From Candidatus Sericytochromatia bacterium (lineage in GTDB: Bacteria; Cyanobacteriota; Sericytochromatia; S15B-MN24; VGJW01): a DNA stretch of 64,000 nt. Every line of letters begins with the position of its first letter. Position 1 is the stretch's first letter. The notes under the pieces were generated by a model. That model was not told the DNA's origin, did no database searches, and saw only the letters and a program-made list of their open reading frames with translations. Below are positions 1 to 9,799 of this stretch, piece by piece. The stretch is taken from positions 32,001 to 96,000 of the forward strand of contig JAYKHS010000014.1 in NCBI GenBank assembly GCA_035285865.1. The letters are read 5' to 3'. The translations under genes and the position numbers were made by a program.

Positions 1-240
1 CGTGCCCCCGAGGCCGTCGATGGCGAGGAATGCCGGATGGGGCATGACCCGCTGGCCAAAGGCCGCCTGCACGGTGCCCGCGTCACCGTCGCGCAGGTCC
101 AGCGAACGTGCCACGACCGTATCGACGCCGTCCTCGGCTCCGGCTGTCGTCTCGAGCAGCGTGCCGAAGCCGACCTGGTGAAAGGCCAGGAGGGCCTCGG
201 CTGCCCCCGTCAGGTCATCCGCGACGATCCGGATCGGCAT
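1..240 (-). CDS. Four-carbon acid sugar kinase (DUF1537) family N-terminal part, runs off window
   Basis: Manual translation from ATG at 240: MPIRIVADDLTGAAEA..., matching the 'IADDLTGA' N-terminal signature. Confidence 0.65.
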   Translation of the reverse strand, partial: MPIRIVADDLTGAAEALLAFHQVGFGTLLETTAGAEDGVDTVVARSLDLRDGDAGTVQAAFGQRVMPHPAFLAIDGLGGT

Positions 241-262
241 GTGCCGCCAGGCCCCGACGGGC

Positions 263-610
263 TCAGGCGTCCCCGTCCTGACGGTCCGAGCGGCTGCCGA
301 GGAGCTGGAAGTTGTTGGCCCGGATGACGAACATCTCGCGCCACTGGCCCTCGCGGTCCTTGTACTTGTCCAGCTCGAGGCGGCCCTGGATGCCGACGAG
401 GCCCCCCTTGCGGATGTACTTGGCCGCTGCGTCGGTCTGGCGACCGCGCAGCTCGATGCGGAACCAGTCCGTCGCATCGACCCCTTCCTGGCGCCGGACC
501 GGGCGGTTGACCGCCAGATTGAACTTGACGATGGTGTCCCCGGACGGTTCGAAGACGCGGACCTCGGGGTCGGCACCGGCGCGACCGACCAGAACGACGC
601 TGTTGACCAT
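263..610 (-). CDS. ssb: Single-stranded DNA-binding protein (short, cyanobacterial type)
   Basis: MVNSVVLVGRAGADPEVR...FNLAVNR...TDWFRIE...KGGLVGIQGRL; C-terminal part of the 263..3736 ORF. Confidence 0.92.
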   Translation of the reverse strand: MVNSVVLVGRAGADPEVRVFEPSGDTIVKFNLAVNRPVRRQEGVDATDWFRIELRGRQTDAAAKYIRKGGLVGIQGRLELDKYKDREGQWREMFVIRANNFQLLGSRSDRQDGDA

Positions 611-781
611 GATCTTGAAAACCTCGATGCGGATTGGACGTGGATGGGCGGGGAGGGCTGTTGGGGCCTTCCGCCACCATCGTCCACCCGGGACCGGCGA
701 CGATCCAAGCATGCCATGACGGCGATGCTTCGTGGAGCCCGCCGGAGGTACGATGTCGGCAACCCCGACCGGAGTCCAGCC

Positions 782-2980
782 ATGACGACACAGGCCATCC
801 TGATCGACCCCGCCTCCCCCGACGGCCTCGGGGCCGCCCTCGTGATCCGACGGCTCGTGCCCGAGGCCGTGCTCGTGCCACCTGCCCATCTCCCGCCGGC
901 CCTCGAGCCGCTGGTGCGGATGCACGGTGACATGCTCGGCCTTGCCGATGCCGTCCTTCCCGAGGAAGGCGGCGTGGTCGTCTGGCATCCCGAGGGCCAG
1001 CAACCCGGCATGCCCGTTGCCCTGGCGGAGCGTGCGGAGACCCGGACCGTGACGCTGCCCGCCGGTGCCCTGTCGATGACCGCGGGCCTGCTGCCGCGGC
1101 TGCGCGAGCGGGGCATCGCCCTCTCTCCGATGGAGGCGACGCTGCTCTACCTTGCGGTGATGGACGGTTGTCGCGGCTTTCCGGGGACGGTCGAACTCGA
1201 GGCCCTGACGCGGCTGCTCGAGGCCGGGGCGGATCGGGAGCTGGCGTCCCGCTGGAGCCTGCTGGGGCCGGAGGCCGTGCTGCGTGCGCCCCTGGCCACG
1301 GCCGTGACCGTGGGCTCGCTGATGAGCCATCCTGTCCGGACGGTCGAGGTCACGACGACGGTGGCCGCGGCCTGGGACGTCCTGACCGAACATCCCCACG
1401 GCAGCCTGGTGGTGGTGGACGCAGCCGGTGCCCCGATGGGCCTCGTGCTGCGGCCGGATGTGGCCCGGGCGGTGCGCCACGCCCTCTCCGAACGGCCCGT
1501 GCGCGAGGTGATGTCCCCGTGCCCGGCCTTGCTGACGCCCGGGAGCGGTGCGGAGGCCCTGCTGCCCGTCGTGCTCGGCCCCGGCCCCGGGAAGGCCGTG
1601 GTGGTGGAGGACGGTGGCGTCGTCGGCATCGTCAGTCGCTCGGACGTGATGGGCCTGCTCTATGCCCATCGCTTGCCGCCTTCCTTGCGGCCGGCGACCC
1701 TGGCCGAGCGTCTGCGGCGTATCTGGCCGGCGTCCGAGTTGGACCTGCTGGAGCGGATCAGGGCCTTGGCAGGGGATCAGCCCCTCTATCTGGTGGGAGG
1801 CGCGGTGCGGGACCTTCTGCTGGACCGGCCGAGCTTCGATCTCGATCTGATGACCGACAAGCTTGCCGATGCGTTCGTCACGCGACTCGGCAAGGCGCTG
1901 GACGCCGAGGTCATTCGTCACCAGGCCTTCGGGACTGCCACCCTGCGGCTGCCGGATGGTCGCCGCATCGATGTCGCGACGGCCCGCAAGGAGACCTACC
2001 GCCAGCCCGGGGCCCTGCCCGAGGTGCAGGCAGCCGGGCTGCGCCACGATCTCGGGCGTCGGGACTTCACCGTCAACGCCTTGGCTTTGCGCATCGACGG
2101 CGAGGCCTTCGGCGAGGTCGTGGACTTCTTCGGGGGGGTGGACGATCTGGAATCCGGCCACCTCCGCACCCTGCACAACCTGAGTTTCATCGAGGACCCG
2201 ACACGATTGGTCCGGGGGGTGCGCTTCGCGATGGCGACGGGCCTGCGCTTCCATCCCGAGACGGAGGGCTTCGCTCGCTACGCGACCTCGTCCGGCAGAC
2301 TGGACGGAGTCGGCGGGGAGCGTCTCAAGAACGAGCTGCGCAAGCTGCTCACCCGCGGCGAGGCCGCTGCCGGGGTACAGGCGCTCGCCGACCTCGATGC
2401 GTGGCGCCTGGTTTCGGGAGCGCTCGCCGGCTGGCATCCTTCGGAGCGCTTCGTGGACCGTCTCGCTCCCGTGACTGCGTGGCTCGCCGAACAGGGCGAG
2501 GAACCTGCCGAGGCAGCCTTCCTGCTCGTGCTCGGGGGGCTGTTGGCGCAACTCGAGGACCAGGGCCGTGCCGATGCTCTGGCCCGACTTCACCTGCCGG
2601 GCGGCGAACAGCATCGCCTGACGGCGGCCCTGTCCCGGCACGCGCGTCTCGAGCGCGAACATCCCGGCTGGTTCCGCCGGTCTCCGAGCGAGCGGTACCA
2701 GCAACTTGCCGACCTCGAGCGGCTCGGGCTGGCCTTGATGGCCCTGCTCTCCGAGACGGGCAACCTGCTGCCTGTCCTGGACGAGCATCTGGCCCACCGC
2801 CGGCTCGAGGTCGCCGTGGACGGCGATTGGCTCCGGCAACAGGGTCTGCCCCCGGGGCCGCGGACTGGCGAGGTCCTGCGTCGGGTTCGGGCCGCGCTGA
2901 TTGATGGCAAGGTCGCGACCGCTGCAGATCAGCAGGCGTTCGCGCGCACGCTGCTGGCCGAGGGTGAGGAGCGCGCCTAG
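782..2980 (+). CDS. CBS-domain tRNA nucleotidyltransferase (CCA/A-adding enzyme) with degenerate DHH-like N-terminus
   Basis: CBS pair (VGSLMSHPV...GIVSRSDV), LVGGAVRDLLL..DLDL, DLGRRDFTVNALA, FIEDPTRLVRGVRF. Confidence 0.88.
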   Translation: MTTQAILIDPASPDGLGAALVIRRLVPEAVLVPPAHLPPALEPLVRMHGDMLGLADAVLPEEGGVVVWHPEGQQPGMPVALAERAETRTVTLPAGALSMTAGLLPRLRERGIALSPMEATLLYLAVMDGCRGFPGTVELEALTRLLEAGADRELASRWSLLGPEAVLRAPLATAVTVGSLMSHPVRTVEVTTTVAAAWDVLTEHPHGSLVVVDAAGAPMGLVLRPDVARAVRHALSERPVREVMSPCPALLTPGSGAEALLPVVLGPGPGKAVVVEDGGVVGIVSRSDVMGLLYAHRLPPSLRPATLAERLRRIWPASELDLLERIRALAGDQPLYLVGGAVRDLLLDRPSFDLDLMTDKLADAFVTRLGKALDAEVIRHQAFGTATLRLPDGRRIDVATARKETYRQPGALPEVQAAGLRHDLGRRDFTVNALALRIDGEAFGEVVDFFGGVDDLESGHLRTLHNLSFIEDPTRLVRGVRFAMATGLRFHPETEGFARYATSSGRLDGVGGERLKNELRKLLTRGEAAAGVQALADLDAWRLVSGALAGWHPSERFVDRLAPVTAWLAEQGEEPAEAAFLLVLGGLLAQLEDQGRADALARLHLPGGEQHRLTAALSRHARLEREHPGWFRRSPSERYQQLADLERLGLALMALLSETGNLLPVLDEHLAHRRLEVAVDGDWLRQQGLPPGPRTGEVLRRVRAALIDGKVATAADQQAFARTLLAEGEERA

Positions 2981-3619
2981 GTGTTCGGCTTCCTGACGGG
3001 TGCATCCGGCGGGCAGGACCTGCTGGAACGCCTGACGCTGCAACTGCCGCTGTTCATCGTGTCGATCACCCTGCACGAAGCGGCCCATGCGTGGGCTGCC
3101 TGGCGGATGGGGGATGACACGGCCGCGCGCATGGGCCGCCTGACCCTGAATCCGCTGGCTCATCTCGATCCGATTGGCACGCTGATGCTGCTCTTCGCAC
3201 CCGTGGGCTGGGCGCGTCCGGTTCCCGTCGACGAGGGTCGCCTGCGGCGCTGGGGTTCCAGCCTCGTGTCCGCCGCGGGACCGGCCAGCAACCTCCTGCT
3301 CGCATTTCTCGCCCTGCTTGCCCTGAAGCATCTCGAGATGCCCACGCCCGGGACGGCCGAGGCGATGGGCGAGATGCTGAAGGTGCTGGTGCTGCTCAAC
3401 GTGAACCTCGCTGTCTTCAATCTGCTGCCCATCCCCCCTTTCGATGGTGCCGGCATGCTGCTGGGCCTCCTGCCCGAGCGTGCACGGCCGGCCATGCACC
3501 AGCTGGTGCCCTACGGCGTGGTGATTCTGGTCCTGCTGATCTTCCTGCCTCAGGGACAGGCTTTCCTCGGGGACGTGATGCGGACGGCGCTGGCCTGGCT
3601 GCTTCGGGTGACGCCCTGA
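2981..3619 (+). CDS. Site-2 protease (peptidase M50)
   Basis: HEAAH zinc motif, GRLTLNPLAHLD, AAGPASN, FNLLPIPPFDG. Confidence 0.92.
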   Translation: MFGFLTGASGGQDLLERLTLQLPLFIVSITLHEAAHAWAAWRMGDDTAARMGRLTLNPLAHLDPIGTLMLLFAPVGWARPVPVDEGRLRRWGSSLVSAAGPASNLLLAFLALLALKHLEMPTPGTAEAMGEMLKVLVLLNVNLAVFNLLPIPPFDGAGMLLGLLPERARPAMHQLVPYGVVILVLLIFLPQGQAFLGDVMRTALAWLLRVTP

Positions 3620-3660
3620 GCGCGTGGTGGCTGCGGATCCGGCAGGGCCTCTGGTTCCTG

Positions 3661-4092
3661 ATGCCGCGCATCCGGGACGAGGACGTGCGGTGGGCGGCAG
3701 GCTTTCTGGGGCCAGGGCTCCACGGCCTATTTGCAAGGATGGGCCGAGAGGACCGCAGCCATGCGCTCAGGGTCGCGCGGCGCGTGGCGCAGGCAGGTGG
3801 CGGTCCCGAGCTTGTCCGGGCCGCACTGCTGCATGACGTGGGGAAGCCCGAGGGGTACGGATTGCTCTGGCGCACCCTGTGCGTGCTCGCTCCCGGTCAG
3901 CCCGGACGAGAGCCGTCGCCCGTCGGTGGCCGTGGTCTCGCCTGGGCCCGCGCGATCTACCACCACCACGAAGAGGACGGCCTCGTCCTGCTGCGCGAGG
4001 CGGGGGCAGACAGGGAAACCCTGGATCTGCTGGAGGGGCGGGGGGCCGAGCCTGTGCTCCGACTCCTGCGCGAAGCCGACGATCTGGGTTAG
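3661..4092 (+). CDS. Small HD-domain phosphohydrolase
   Basis: HALRVA...AALLHDVGK...HH...ADD; true start may be slightly upstream. Confidence 0.75.
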   Translation: MPRIRDEDVRWAAGFLGPGLHGLFARMGREDRSHALRVARRVAQAGGGPELVRAALLHDVGKPEGYGLLWRTLCVLAPGQPGREPSPVGGRGLAWARAIYHHHEEDGLVLLREAGADRETLDLLEGRGAEPVLRLLREADDLG

Positions 4093-4415
4093 CCGTCCAG
4101 GTCCTTGAAGCGCGCGCCGTCCCGGCCCATGGACTTGGCAAGCGCGGCGGCTGCGGCCTCCGCGAGGCGGATGTCGGCCTGGTTGGCGAGACAGGACAGG
4201 ACGAAAAGCATGTCGCCGAGTTCCTCTGCCAGGTTGGCAGGCACAAGACCGGGTCTTGGTGTCTTGCCTCCCCAGAGCCCGTTCGCTGCGCGTGCGACTT
4301 CGCCCAGCTCCTCCGTCAGGCGCGCGAGTTGGGCAAGTGGCGGAAAGTAGCCACCGTGGGTACGGACCCAGCCGTCGACCCGGTCCTGCAAGTCGTCCAA
4401 GGAATCGATGCGCAA
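4089..4415 (-). CDS. MazG-like nucleotide pyrophosphohydrolase (YpjD-like)
   Basis: YFPPLAQLARLTEELGEVAR...EELGDMLFVLSCLAN. Confidence 0.88.
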   Translation of the reverse strand: MRIDSLDDLQDRVDGWVRTHGGYFPPLAQLARLTEELGEVARAANGLWGGKTPRPGLVPANLAEELGDMLFVLSCLANQADIRLAEAAAAALAKSMGRDGARFKDLDG

Positions 4416-4502
4416 AGGTACCCCCGGTTCACCTGTGCCAAGCGAGTGCCTTCAGGGTACACAGGCTGCGGAGCCCTTGGCACGTTACCGAGGGGTTGGG
4501 CC

Positions 4503-5081
4503 TTGAGATACCTGTCCTTCTGTCTGGCATTGTTCGTCTGGATTCTGCTCGCGCTGCCCGCATTGGCCGAGGAGGAGGCCACCCTCTCGTTCCGGGTGGT
4601 GGAGACGCCGATTTCCCGTGAGGTCAAGCGGACGGTCGAACGCCGAGAAGAGCGTATCCGCGGGCGGCGCGTGCTGGCAGAGATCGAGCGCAGCGTCGCG
4701 GTGGAGCGCATTCGCGTCGACACCATTCAGACGCGGGTCATCACTTGGGTCGAACATCGCCAGGTGAACAAACCCGTCGAGGAGCGCGTGTGGGGGCAGA
4801 CCGGGGTCGAGATGGACCCGGATCAGCAGGCTGTGCGTCCCGTCTACGGATGGATCACCCGCCGCATCGACCCCAATCCGGTGGATGAGGCCATCCGGCG
4901 AGAGCGCATCGACGAGCGGGTCGTCGCCAGCGAGATTCGTGTGGTGCGTCGGCCGCTGGGTGAAAAGCGCAAGGTTCGTCCGCTGAACTCTCCGTCCGGG
5001 GGCGGCCGCTCTGCCCTTCCGGCATCGCTCGCCGGTTCGCCATCGTCTGCCGCAAAGGGGCCTCTCCACGGTGGTGGATAG
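4503..5081 (+). CDS. Hypothetical exported protein
   Basis: TTG start gives signal peptide (MRYLSFCLALFVWILLALPALA|EEE) followed by a beta-rich charged body. Confidence 0.6.
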   Translation: MRYLSFCLALFVWILLALPALAEEEATLSFRVVETPISREVKRTVERREERIRGRRVLAEIERSVAVERIRVDTIQTRVITWVEHRQVNKPVEERVWGQTGVEMDPDQQAVRPVYGWITRRIDPNPVDEAIRRERIDERVVASEIRVVRRPLGEKRKVRPLNSPSGGGRSALPASLAGSPSSAAKGPLHGGG

Positions 5082-6591
5082 GGCGTTGGCGAAGTCCGGC
5101 GTGAAGCGCGTGCTCGGCCTCGGGATCGCGCTCTGCGCCCTGTTCTGGATCGTGCCGGATGCGGCTTCTGCAGCCCCACCGGCACAGCCTGCGGCGCGGG
5201 ATCTGGCGTTGGTGGCGTGGGTCGCCGAAGCCGATCGCCTCGCCGGCCCGGGCAACAAGCCCGTGGCGGGCTTCTCGTTCCGCAAGGTTCCGATCCTGCT
5301 CGTGGATCCGGGCCGCATGGCGTTGGCATTCCATGTTCGGACTTCTCTTCCGGGGTTCAGGCCGATCGGATCAGGCGCCTTGACCGTCCAATGGCGGGCA
5401 GGAGCCACGACTGACCTGGACTCGGGCAGTCTGGAGGTCCGCCTTGCCGGGATCCGCATGGTGGCCGCGCCTTACGATCTGCTGCCCGGCTTCTTCCCGA
5501 CGGGGCCTTCGCCGACGGCCCTGCTGGTTCTTGGCCTGAACCATCATGTTCTTGCCAAGGCGACGTGGGCCCGTGACTTGCGGGCTCGGGTCGGTTCGGC
5601 CCAGGCGCAGGCCCGGGGACTCGCCCGCGAACTGGATGCTCTGGGCTTGGCCCTCGTGACTCGGGATGCCGCAGCACAGAAGGCGGCCCTGCTGGGCTTC
5701 CTTTCGGCCCGTCGCAGTCGGCGTGCGGGCTTGTCGGTGGGTGACGCGCAGGCAGAGGATCATCGGGAGGCCCTGCGGGCACTGATTCGCCACTGGCCTA
5801 TGGTGCGCCAGGCGTCGGCCGCAGGTCCTCGTGCATCGGACGTGCCTGCGGCTCTGCCTTGGAGACACGCCTCGGCAGCCGAGCAACTGGCGTGGTTGCG
5901 TAGCCGTTGTATTCAGGCCATGGGCGGGCGCGAGGTGGACGGAGACCCCCTGCTCGTGACTGCATTGGCGCAGGCAGCGATGCTCGACCGTTTCGCGGGA
6001 GAAGGATGGCAGGAACGTGTCCTGCGTAGCGGCTCGATGACGACGGTTCTTGCTCGTGCCCTTGGCTTCGAAGACGGACTACAGGGCATTCCCGTCGATC
6101 GCTTCCGGACTGCCGAACCGACCGTGCCTGAGGTCGGCCCCGATCGTTCGGAGCGCCTGTCCGCCTTCGAGATGCAACCGGGCATCGCCATCGCGCTGCA
6201 GCTGCCGGCACCGGCCCGTGGCCACGACGCCCGCGGGGGGCTGACGTGGGCTCCTGCGCAGCGTGCTCCCTACCGCCTCGATCCGCGTACGGTGCTGCTC
6301 GAGGGCCTTATGTCGCTCAGTTTCGAGGGCAGCGATCGGTCGCTGGACGTGTCGCGATTGCCCGTGCTGGGTGTCGCCGGGGAGCGGTCCTGGCCGTTCG
6401 GCCGCCTCGTGTTTCGTGCTGACCCGCGCAACCTTCAGATCCTGGTCGATGGCCGCCGCATCCGGCGCGCCCCGGGCCTCTGGCGCGTGCACCGCAGACT
6501 CGAGTTGCTGCATCCTCAGTTCCGCTACGTCACGCATCGCGGTCAGTTGCGTATCGACGAGGAGCAGATCGAGGTCGCGGACGTGCGGTGA
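5071..6591 (+). CDS. Hypothetical exported protein
   Basis: 506-aa ORF with signal-like N-terminus, overlapping the upstream stop; no family recognised. Confidence 0.6.
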   Translation: MVDRALAKSGVKRVLGLGIALCALFWIVPDAASAAPPAQPAARDLALVAWVAEADRLAGPGNKPVAGFSFRKVPILLVDPGRMALAFHVRTSLPGFRPIGSGALTVQWRAGATTDLDSGSLEVRLAGIRMVAAPYDLLPGFFPTGPSPTALLVLGLNHHVLAKATWARDLRARVGSAQAQARGLARELDALGLALVTRDAAAQKAALLGFLSARRSRRAGLSVGDAQAEDHREALRALIRHWPMVRQASAAGPRASDVPAALPWRHASAAEQLAWLRSRCIQAMGGREVDGDPLLVTALAQAAMLDRFAGEGWQERVLRSGSMTTVLARALGFEDGLQGIPVDRFRTAEPTVPEVGPDRSERLSAFEMQPGIAIALQLPAPARGHDARGGLTWAPAQRAPYRLDPRTVLLEGLMSLSFEGSDRSLDVSRLPVLGVAGERSWPFGRLVFRADPRNLQILVDGRRIRRAPGLWRVHRRLELLHPQFRYVTHRGQLRIDEEQIEVADVR

Positions 6592-6635
6592 GGCGTGGCG
6601 CACCCCGATTGGGTGGGTAAAGCCCATGAGGGGGG

Positions 6636-8468
6636 GTGCTCGTGTCGTCCGAAACCCACGGTCCTGTCGCCAGCGGTCGGCCACCGCTGGGCGAAGTCCT
6701 GCTTCGCCTGCGGCGCCTCGATCAGGCCAGTCTCGAGGCTGCCCTGCGGGAACAGCGTGACCTCAACGTCCGCCTGGGCGACCTGCTGTTGCAGAAGGGC
6801 CTCATCGATGCCGATTCGCTGCAGGAGGCCCTGACCCTGCAGGAGCGTGGCACGCAGGATGCTCCCGTCGCCGCGCGGAAACGTCTCGGCGAGCGGCTGC
6901 TGGCACAAGGCCGCATCACCGCGGAGCAGTTGGCGACAGCGCTCGAGAGCCAGGCCCTCTCCAAGGCGCGCATCGGCGAGATTCTTGTCGAGATGGGCTT
7001 CGTGTCGGACGAGGATGTCACCCGCGCCCTGAAGGGTACCGACACGCTCGGCATTGCTTCTCGCCCTCAGGTGCGTCCTGCGGCCGGGACAGCACCCCTC
7101 GCCCAGCGGACGCAACCTCTCGAAGGCGGCAAAACCGAGGTCGCCGAGGCCTTCCGCGCGGTCTTCGGTCGGAGTCCCGGCCCGGCGGAGCTCGAACCGT
7201 TCCGCGGGCGTCTCGCCGCAGCCGGGGTTCGGGACCGTCAGGAATTGCTCTTCCGGCACGTCATCGCCGACAGGGTGGTGCAGTTGGTGGGCGGCGACCT
7301 GGTCTCGAAAACTCGCGGTGCGGACGGCGCGCCCGTCCTGACCGGGCTGTCGCCGGAGGATCTGGCCTTGGCGCAGACACTGGCCGCCGATCCGGGGTTC
7401 GATCCGGGGCAGGCCGCGCAGGCTTTTCAGGCGCGGTCCCTGCGGGCCTCCTTCAGGCGGTCTGTCGGCCGTGACCCGGCTGCCGGTGCCGAGGAAGCCT
7501 TCTGGACCGAGGCGTGGACCAGTGGTGAGGCGGCCATGTTCCTCGAGGCGTGGGGCGAGGCCTGGCAGCGCTTCCTGGCCGACCATCCCCTGCTGCGCGG
7601 GGATGCGCGGACGTTGCTGCCGCTGCTGCCCGGTCCTGATGAACTGCGTGAGTCCCTCGCGTTGTTCCGGGCTCGCCACGGGGATGACTTCTTCGCGGCC
7701 CTCATGGCCGGCGCCTACTTCAACGCGCGGCGCATCGAGGCCCGTCAGGTCGAGCAGGGCCGGCAGGAGGTCCTCTCCAGCCTGCGCGAAGGTCAGGTGC
7801 GCAAGCGGCTCGAGCAGCTGCTTGCCGATTTTCTGGGGACAGTGCCTCCGGCACTGGCTCAGGTCCTCGCCCAGTGGATTCAGGCAGCCGGTGGTGGCAT
7901 GACAGCGGATGGGCCCGCGGTTCTGGAGCGCTTGCTTGTGGACTTGCTGGAACGCCTGATGGCGGTGCTCGAACGCCACGGCGGTTCGGACCCTGCGCGT
8001 CTTGGGCACGCTCTCGAGGCCGCCCTTGAGATGCTGGCCTCCGGACTGGTCCTGAGCGACGAACTGCTCGAAGCCCTGGTCGCACAGGCGCCTGCGAGCG
8101 AGGCAGGCGCGGGTGGCGATCCGGTCGCGGGCGTGCGGGCGCAGGTTGACCAGATGCTTTTCGACTTCCTGGGACAGGTCCAGGCAGACCGACCTGAGGC
8201 GGATGCGCTCGTGCAGGCTCTGATGAGCGGCAATCGTGACCTTGGAGACGTCGCAATGGCTCTTGAACGGCAGTGGCGTTCGGGCCTTGCGCCCTTCACG
8301 ACCGAGGATGCACAGGCCTTCGTCGGACATCTCAATCTGTTGCATCGCGGCCTTGCCTTCATGCCCGGTCCCGAGGACGAGTGGGTCAAGCGGATGCTCG
8401 CGCGTGAGGTTCTCCCCGCCGACGTGGCCCGGCACTGGGCGGCCGAGGTGGCCGTTGAGGTACCATGA
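6636..8468 (+). CDS. Protein with tandem MshEN-like (c-di-GMP-binding type) N-terminal motifs and unknown helical C-terminus
   Basis: Four RLGxxLxxxG-type motifs: PLGEVLLRLRR, RLGDLLLQKGLI, RLGERLLAQGRI, RIGEILVEMGFV. Confidence 0.7.
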   Translation: MLVSSETHGPVASGRPPLGEVLLRLRRLDQASLEAALREQRDLNVRLGDLLLQKGLIDADSLQEALTLQERGTQDAPVAARKRLGERLLAQGRITAEQLATALESQALSKARIGEILVEMGFVSDEDVTRALKGTDTLGIASRPQVRPAAGTAPLAQRTQPLEGGKTEVAEAFRAVFGRSPGPAELEPFRGRLAAAGVRDRQELLFRHVIADRVVQLVGGDLVSKTRGADGAPVLTGLSPEDLALAQTLAADPGFDPGQAAQAFQARSLRASFRRSVGRDPAAGAEEAFWTEAWTSGEAAMFLEAWGEAWQRFLADHPLLRGDARTLLPLLPGPDELRESLALFRARHGDDFFAALMAGAYFNARRIEARQVEQGRQEVLSSLREGQVRKRLEQLLADFLGTVPPALAQVLAQWIQAAGGGMTADGPAVLERLLVDLLERLMAVLERHGGSDPARLGHALEAALEMLASGLVLSDELLEALVAQAPASEAGAGGDPVAGVRAQVDQMLFDFLGQVQADRPEADALVQALMSGNRDLGDVAMALERQWRSGLAPFTTEDAQAFVGHLNLLHRGLAFMPGPEDEWVKRMLAREVLPADVARHWAAEVAVEVP

Positions 8469-8499
8469 GGGGGCTCCCGACCCTGATGGAGCCCTGCCT

Positions 8500-9786
8500 G
8501 TGCCTCGCGACATCCTGATCATTTCCAACGCCCCGGGCGAACTCGCCGCGTGGGTTCGGCCTGTCGTCGGCGCCCTGCTGGAGCGCTTCCCGGAGGTCTC
8601 GATCACGGTCGCGCTGGTGCCGTGCCCTTATGCATCGGGACAGGAGGCCGCCACCATCGCGGCGTGGCAGTTGCCGCTGACCGTCTGGACGCCGGCACAG
8701 ACCCTGCGATTCCTGTTGCTGGGTCAGCGCCCCGACCGTCGTGGCGCGGCCGAATCGGGCGCGGTGCTGTTCCTCGGGGGAGATCAGTTCTTCGGGGTGC
8801 TGGCCGCGCGCAGGACCGGTTGGCCTTTGCTGGTCTACACCGAGACCGTGGGGCGCTGGGCCAGTGCCGTCACCCGATTCATGCTGTCGGATCGCAACCC
8901 TTATCTCGCCCTGCGTGGCCGTAAGGTACCGCCCGGCAAGCTGGTTCTCGTCGGCAACCTCATGGTCGATTCCGTTGCCCCGTCCATGACGCCCGCAGCG
9001 GCACGGGAGCGTCTCGGATTGTCCCAGGGCTCCCTCGTCGTGGGGTTGTTGCCCGGCAGCAAGCCCTTCAAGGTCCGCAGCGCCACGCCTTTCATGGTGG
9101 AGGTTGTTGACAGGCTGCATGCCGTTGATTCCAGTGTGCAGTTCATCCTGCATCAGTCCGCGTTCACCCCGCTCGAGATGTTCGAGGCGGCCCTCGCCGA
9201 GGGACCCGAGGCTGCGCGTGCCACGCGTATCCTGAAGGCCCCGGGTGGTGCGCTCATGGTCACGCCCGGTGGGGCACGCATTCGCATCGTGCCGCCGGCG
9301 ATGCAGTTCGATGGCCTGCAGGTCGATGACCTTGCCCTGACGGTACCCGGTACCAACACGGCCGAACTGGCGGTGCTTGGCGTGCCACAGCTGGTGGTCC
9401 TGCCCTTGCTGCGTCCGGAGGACATCCCCCTCGAAGGTATTCCCGGCCGCATAGGCCAACTCCCGTGGCTGGGGCCTCGCATCAAGCGGGTGGTCATTCG
9501 TCAGTTGCTCCGGCATCTGCGCTTCACGGCACTGCCGAATCAGCGGATGGGTCGAATGGTCACCCCCGAATTGGTTGGGGCCATCACGCCCGAGATGGCC
9601 GCGACCCAAGCCGTCGAGCTGCTCGCCGATCACAATCGCCGGCGCCTGATTCGCATCGACCTGTTGCAGGCGATGGGCTATCGGGGTGCTGCACAGGCGG
9701 TGGCCGATGTTCTTCAGGATGTCTGGACGGGCCAGAAGCCGGTTGGTGGCGAAGTGGCGAGTCCTGGCCTCGATCCGGGTGTCTGA
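8500..9786 (+). CDS. Lipid-A-disaccharide synthase-related glycosyltransferase (LpxB-like)
   Basis: DILIISNAPGE, FLGGDQF, VGNLM, GLLPGSK, GTNTAEL, ALPN..PEL. Confidence 0.8.
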   Translation: MPRDILIISNAPGELAAWVRPVVGALLERFPEVSITVALVPCPYASGQEAATIAAWQLPLTVWTPAQTLRFLLLGQRPDRRGAAESGAVLFLGGDQFFGVLAARRTGWPLLVYTETVGRWASAVTRFMLSDRNPYLALRGRKVPPGKLVLVGNLMVDSVAPSMTPAAARERLGLSQGSLVVGLLPGSKPFKVRSATPFMVEVVDRLHAVDSSVQFILHQSAFTPLEMFEAALAEGPEAARATRILKAPGGALMVTPGGARIRIVPPAMQFDGLQVDDLALTVPGTNTAELAVLGVPQLVVLPLLRPEDIPLEGIPGRIGQLPWLGPRIKRVVIRQLLRHLRFTALPNQRMGRMVTPELVGAITPEMAATQAVELLADHNRRRLIRIDLLQAMGYRGAAQAVADVLQDVWTGQKPVGGEVASPGLDPGV

Positions 9787-9799
9787 GTACACGATCCGG

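Noticed and set aside
263..3736. 1157-aa minus-strand ORF
   Set aside because: Antisense shadow of the nucleotidyltransferase and M50 genes, typical of high-GC DNA; only its last 115 aa (ssb) are real
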